DNA of 32,000 bases from Bryobacterales bacterium (GTDB taxonomy: Bacteria; Acidobacteriota; Terriglobia; Bryobacterales; UBA6623), in the NCBI GenBank assembly GCA_965219605.1, contig CBDCOC010000001.1, positions 1,001,325 through 1,033,324 on the forward strand, in the 5' to 3' direction. The notes under the pieces are model-generated. The model worked only from the letters and a program-made list of their open reading frames with translations. It was not told the origin of the DNA and searched no databases. Numbering within the stretch: position 1 is the first letter of the stretch; the number at the start of each line of letters is the position of its first letter. Below, in pieces: positions 28,934 to 32,000 of this stretch. The translations under genes and the position numbers were made by a program.

Positions 28934-28965
28934 TGCCAAGGGGGCCTGGCCAGGCCCCCTTGGCA
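28934..28965. repeat. perfect 32-nt palindrome TGCCAAGGGGGCCTGG/CCAGGCCCCCTTGGCA
   Basis: Read directly: the 16-nt arms are exact reverse complements with no spacer. It lies about 135 bp upstream of the decayed IS110-like transposase start. Confidence 0.85.
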
Positions 28966-29099
28966 GCGACGGGTCGGACCGCCCCCCTCGAATTCTAGGT
29001 CCGTTCGAGAGCTTGGTCGGCCCGTCGCATCCATTCCTGCGCATCCTGCGCGGAAGCATGGGTACCGACCCGCATCGCAAAAGGAGTAGGAACCCAAGA

Positions 29100-29768
29100 A
29101 TGACTACATCCACTCCCATCGTAGTCGCCGGCATCGATGTCGGCAAAGCGTACTTTGACGCCCCCCTGCTCGACACCGGCCTTGACCGCCGCTATGCAAA
29201 CCCCCAAAGTGGTCGTCGCGCTCTGTAGCACTGGCTGCTCAAGCACCGCGTCACCCGCGCCGTCTTCAAACCCACCGCGCGCTACCACTGCCAACTGCAC
29301 CAGTCCCTAGCTACAGCTGGCTTGCAAACTGTCCTTGTCAATCCCTCGCGCTCGCGGCGCTTCGCCGAAGCCCTCGGCCAACTCGCCAACAACGACCGCG
29401 TCGCTGCGGCCATGCTGGCTCGCTTCGGCCGTCTCGCCGACTTGCAAGCAACCCCGCCACAAGCCGCCAACCTGCAACTTTTCCAGGATTTGCTTGTCGC
29501 TCGCCGCAAGCTTGTCGCACAACTCGGCACGCCGCGCAAGCTGACTGCTGAACTCGACCCGCAAGCGGTGCGCTGCTTTACCAGGCCACCCGCCAGCCAG
29601 CAGGCCGCCTGCGGCTTGCGCACTTGCCTGGACGCCGATACTGTACTTGCTCGCCGCGCCGAGATTATCCAGTCCATCCCCGGCTTCGGCCTGCTCAACG
29701 CTGCCTGTCTCTGCGCCAAGCCCCCTCGCCTGCCACTGGCGTCCTCTTTTCCCGCCCCGGCCGCTTGA
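29100..29768 (+). pseudogene. decayed IS110-family transposase (premature stop, catalytic substitution, truncated C-terminus)
   Basis: MTTSTPIVVAGIDVGKAYFDA... is an IS110 DEDD N-terminus. An in-frame TAG lies at 29226-29228, and the same frame continues ...RAVFKPTARYHCQL...VLVNPSRSRRFAEALGQLANNDRVAAAMLARF...IQSIPGFG. The second DEDD position reads FKPT where this family normally has an acidic E. The sequence after IPGFG degenerates and stops about 100 aa short. Confidence 0.75.
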
Positions 29769-29997
29769 CTTGCAGCACGGAAGCTCGCGAGACCCCTTCA
29801 GTCTCATTTCGCATTGGAAGAGGCTAATACTGTGATACAGTGTCTATGGGGGGGCAAGCTCGCTTTCCGCTGCCTAGATGGCTTTGGCGTAGACTTCCAT
29901 CATCCAACAGAGAGTGAACTTGTTTCTAGCTAGCCCAATCCCTCACTTCCATCAACCCTAAATCCACTCAATTTTTGAACTGCGTGTGATCCAGAGT

Positions 29998-32000
29998 ATG
30001 ACTACATTTCCACCCACTGAATCAGTTGGAAAATACCCCAGATTTCGCGATCTCTTCGTAGCTGCGATTGGTCAATCTGTTGAACCATTTGCTTGGCAAT
30101 CTACTCTCGCTGAAGGCGATTGGCCTGAGGTCTTGATCGCCCCCACTGGATCGGGGAAGACTGCTGGCGTGACTTTAGCGTGGATGTACCACAGACTCCA
30201 GCATCCTGACTCGACGCCCCGAAAGCTGGTCTGGTGCCTGCCGATGCGGGTGCTCGTCGATCAGACACTTAGCGAGGTTCGCAGTTGGGTGCAGCGTGTT
30301 CAAACAGAAGGGATTGATCCTAGCGCTTTGCTTCCAAGCACTCGAGACGTCCATGTCCTCATGGGTGGTGCGGATTCAAGGGGTTGGCTTGAAACTCCGG
30401 AGCGACCGGCCATCATAGTGGGAACCCAAGATATGTTGCTCAGCCGGGCTCTCATGCGTGGCTACGCTTCTTCCCGTGCCTTATGGCCGATGGAATTCGC
30501 CACGCTTCACCAAGACACGCAATGGGTATTCGATGAGGTGCAGCTCATGGGAGCTGGTCGAGCAACATCGGCACAGCTTGAGGCATTTCGGTGCTATGAG
30601 TTCAAGAGAGCTGTAGACAAATCTGAGAAGATAGGTCGCCCCTGTCGTAGTTTGTGGATATCCGCCACTCTCAAGCCGGAGTGGCTTAAAACAGTAGACC
30701 ACAACACTCCAACCAGAATTCTGCGGGTCGACCCAAAGGTAGACGCGGACAGCAAGCTGTACACGCTCGCCCGGGCTCCAAAGCACTTGCATCGAGCTAC
30801 AGATGCGCCTACATCGTCCTCTCAGCAAGACGAACGAGCATACCTCAAACGATTGGCAAGCTCTGTCGTTGACGCTCACCGTAAAGGGCACATGACGCTC
30901 GCAATCGTCAATCAAGTTAAGCGAGCACAGGATCTTTATTTGCTGGTCCGCAGTATTTTCGCGGAAAGAGAGCGTCACGTTCCGGAGATGGCACTGCTCC
31001 ATTCGCGGTTCCGCCCTGCGGACCGAGAGCGCGAAATGGCGAAGATTCGCAATATCAACAGTCAGTCCGATATTGTAGTTATTGCTACGCAGGCAGTGGA
31101 GGCCGGTGTCGATATCTCCGCGGCAGTAATGTTCACCGAACTAGCTCCTTGGGCCTCGATGGTGCAGCGGTTCGGGCGAGCTAACCGGAGAGCTGAAGTG
31201 GACGGTGGTGCTGATGTATTCTGGATCGATATTCTCGGAAATTTCGCTGGCAAAGACGATATACTCAAAAAGCAAGTAGTTGCCCTATCTCAGCCTTACA
31301 AAGTCGACGATTTGCGCGAATCTCGGAACATTTTATTGGACTTGGAAAATGTAGCAACAGTACATCTTTCCCCACCAGACAGGCTTGATCCCCCGCTACG
31401 TGTAGTGCGTCGAAAAGATCTCGAAGACCTTTTTGACACAGACGCCGACCTCACAGGTTTCGATGTAGACATCTCTCCGTACATTCGCGATGTCTCTGAT
31501 CCCGACATCCGCGTTTTCTGGCGGGAATTTTCTGTTCCCAGCGACGAGCTGCCCAAGCCGAGTTCGCACGAACTCTGTGCGGTGCCAATCGGGCTGGCCA
31601 GAAAATGGGTCCAAGCGCAGAGAACACTCCCCGGTGGCGCATTCTTTGTGCGCGACCCCCAGTGGGTGCGCGACCCCAAGTGGGTGCGCGACCCCCAGTG
31701 GAGACTCCGAGAGAATTCAACCGGAATCACGCCGCCGCCTGGCTGGGCCTTGATGCGCGAAGCACTACGGCCTGGCCTCACAGTTATGGCCAACGTTAAC
31801 GCCGGAGGGTACTGGCAAGACATAGGTTTCACGGGTGATCGGGAGCATATCCCCGCCCCAGTAGTCTCTCTCGAATCGGCAACCACTTCAACAGACATGC
31901 TGGCACGACGTGACCGCTTGCCCTACGAGTCAGATGGACACGGCGACGATCCGAAGAGTACCACGGGCCGCCCAGTATCCATCTCAGACCATCTGAAGCA
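29998..32000 (+). CDS. cas3: Cas3 helicase, helicase-first architecture (type I-G/I-U-like), partial, continues beyond the window
   Basis: My own translation gives an open frame from ATG 29998 to the window end; it is not in the ORF track because it has no stop. Motif I is LIAPTGSGKT at about residue 50, so there is no N-terminal HD domain. Also present are FDEVQLMG (II), WISATL (III), VVIATQAVEAGVDIS and MVQRFGRANR (VI). The last residues, ...GRPVSISDHLK, may be the beginning of a C-terminal HD domain. Confidence 0.85.
   Translation, partial: MTTFPPTESVGKYPRFRDLFVAAIGQSVEPFAWQSTLAEGDWPEVLIAPTGSGKTAGVTLAWMYHRLQHPDSTPRKLVWCLPMRVLVDQTLSEVRSWVQRVQTEGIDPSALLPSTRDVHVLMGGADSRGWLETPERPAIIVGTQDMLLSRALMRGYASSRALWPMEFATLHQDTQWVFDEVQLMGAGRATSAQLEAFRCYEFKRAVDKSEKIGRPCRSLWISATLKPEWLKTVDHNTPTRILRVDPKVDADSKLYTLARAPKHLHRATDAPTSSSQQDERAYLKRLASSVVDAHRKGHMTLAIVNQVKRAQDLYLLVRSIFAERERHVPEMALLHSRFRPADREREMAKIRNINSQSDIVVIATQAVEAGVDISAAVMFTELAPWASMVQRFGRANRRAEVDGGADVFWIDILGNFAGKDDILKKQVVALSQPYKVDDLRESRNILLDLENVATVHLSPPDRLDPPLRVVRRKDLEDLFDTDADLTGFDVDISPYIRDVSDPDIRVFWREFSVPSDELPKPSSHELCAVPIGLARKWVQAQRTLPGGAFFVRDPQWVRDPKWVRDPQWRLRENSTGITPPPGWALMREALRPGLTVMANVNAGGYWQDIGFTGDREHIPAPVVSLESATTSTDMLARRDRLPYESDGHGDDPKSTTGRPVSISDHLK
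31648..31701 (+). repeat. in-frame 18-bp tandem repeat x3 inside cas3 (VRDPQW-VRDPKW-VRDPQW)
   Basis: GTGCGCGACCCCCAGTGG, GTGCGCGACCCCAAGTGG, GTGCGCGACCCCCAGTGG read directly. Units 1 and 3 are identical and unit 2 differs by one base. Confidence 0.95.

Noticed and set aside
29832-29848. Short palindrome TACTGT-GAT-ACAGT upstream of cas3, superficially like a LexA/SOS box
   Set aside because: The spacing between the CTGT and ACAG half-sites (3 nt) does not fit the CTGT-N8-ACAG SOS box, the arms are only 5 bp long, and this could easily be chance.
31296-31898. 200-aa minus-strand ORF and several small plus-strand ORFs near the window end
   Set aside because: They overlap the open cas3 frame, which carries helicase motifs. 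Part of their apparent length comes from the GC-rich 18-bp tandem repeat.

Overview
High-GC chromosomal segment, about two-thirds G+C by eye. The gene content looks Planctomycetota-like: a PSCyt1/DUF1549/DUF1553 gene, a DUF1501 gene and three formylglycine-type sulfatases. From left to right the window contains: (1) a lower-GC partial ORF next to tRNA-Ser(GCU). (2) A PSCyt1-DUF1549-DUF1553 gene split by an IS110-family insertion, followed by DUF1501 and a sulfatase. (3) hsp20. (4) A minus-strand block of MFS transporter, Cys-rich small protein, sulfatase and tRNA-Gly(CCC). (5) An SNF2 helicase and SWIM zinc-finger gene pair. (6) A third sulfatase. (7) A type I-G (formerly I-U)-like CRISPR-Cas locus from 19.6 kb to the window end. 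That locus runs cas2, a cas4-cas1 fusion, a leader with a near-consensus promoter, a 55-repeat/54-spacer array, a decayed IS110-like transposase, and a helicase-first cas3 that runs off the window. The array is broken twice. A 2151-bp IS sits inside repeat 51 with a 5-bp target duplication. A 512-bp MITE-like element sits inside spacer 52 with an 8-bp target duplication. Several spacers form homologous families, which suggests repeated acquisition from the same site of diverging invaders. I see no convincing wholly novel multi-gene system. The most unusual content is the CRISPR locus architecture, the mobile-element damage to the array, and the spacer families. Many long ORFs in the track are antisense or out-of-frame shadow ORFs typical of high-GC DNA.
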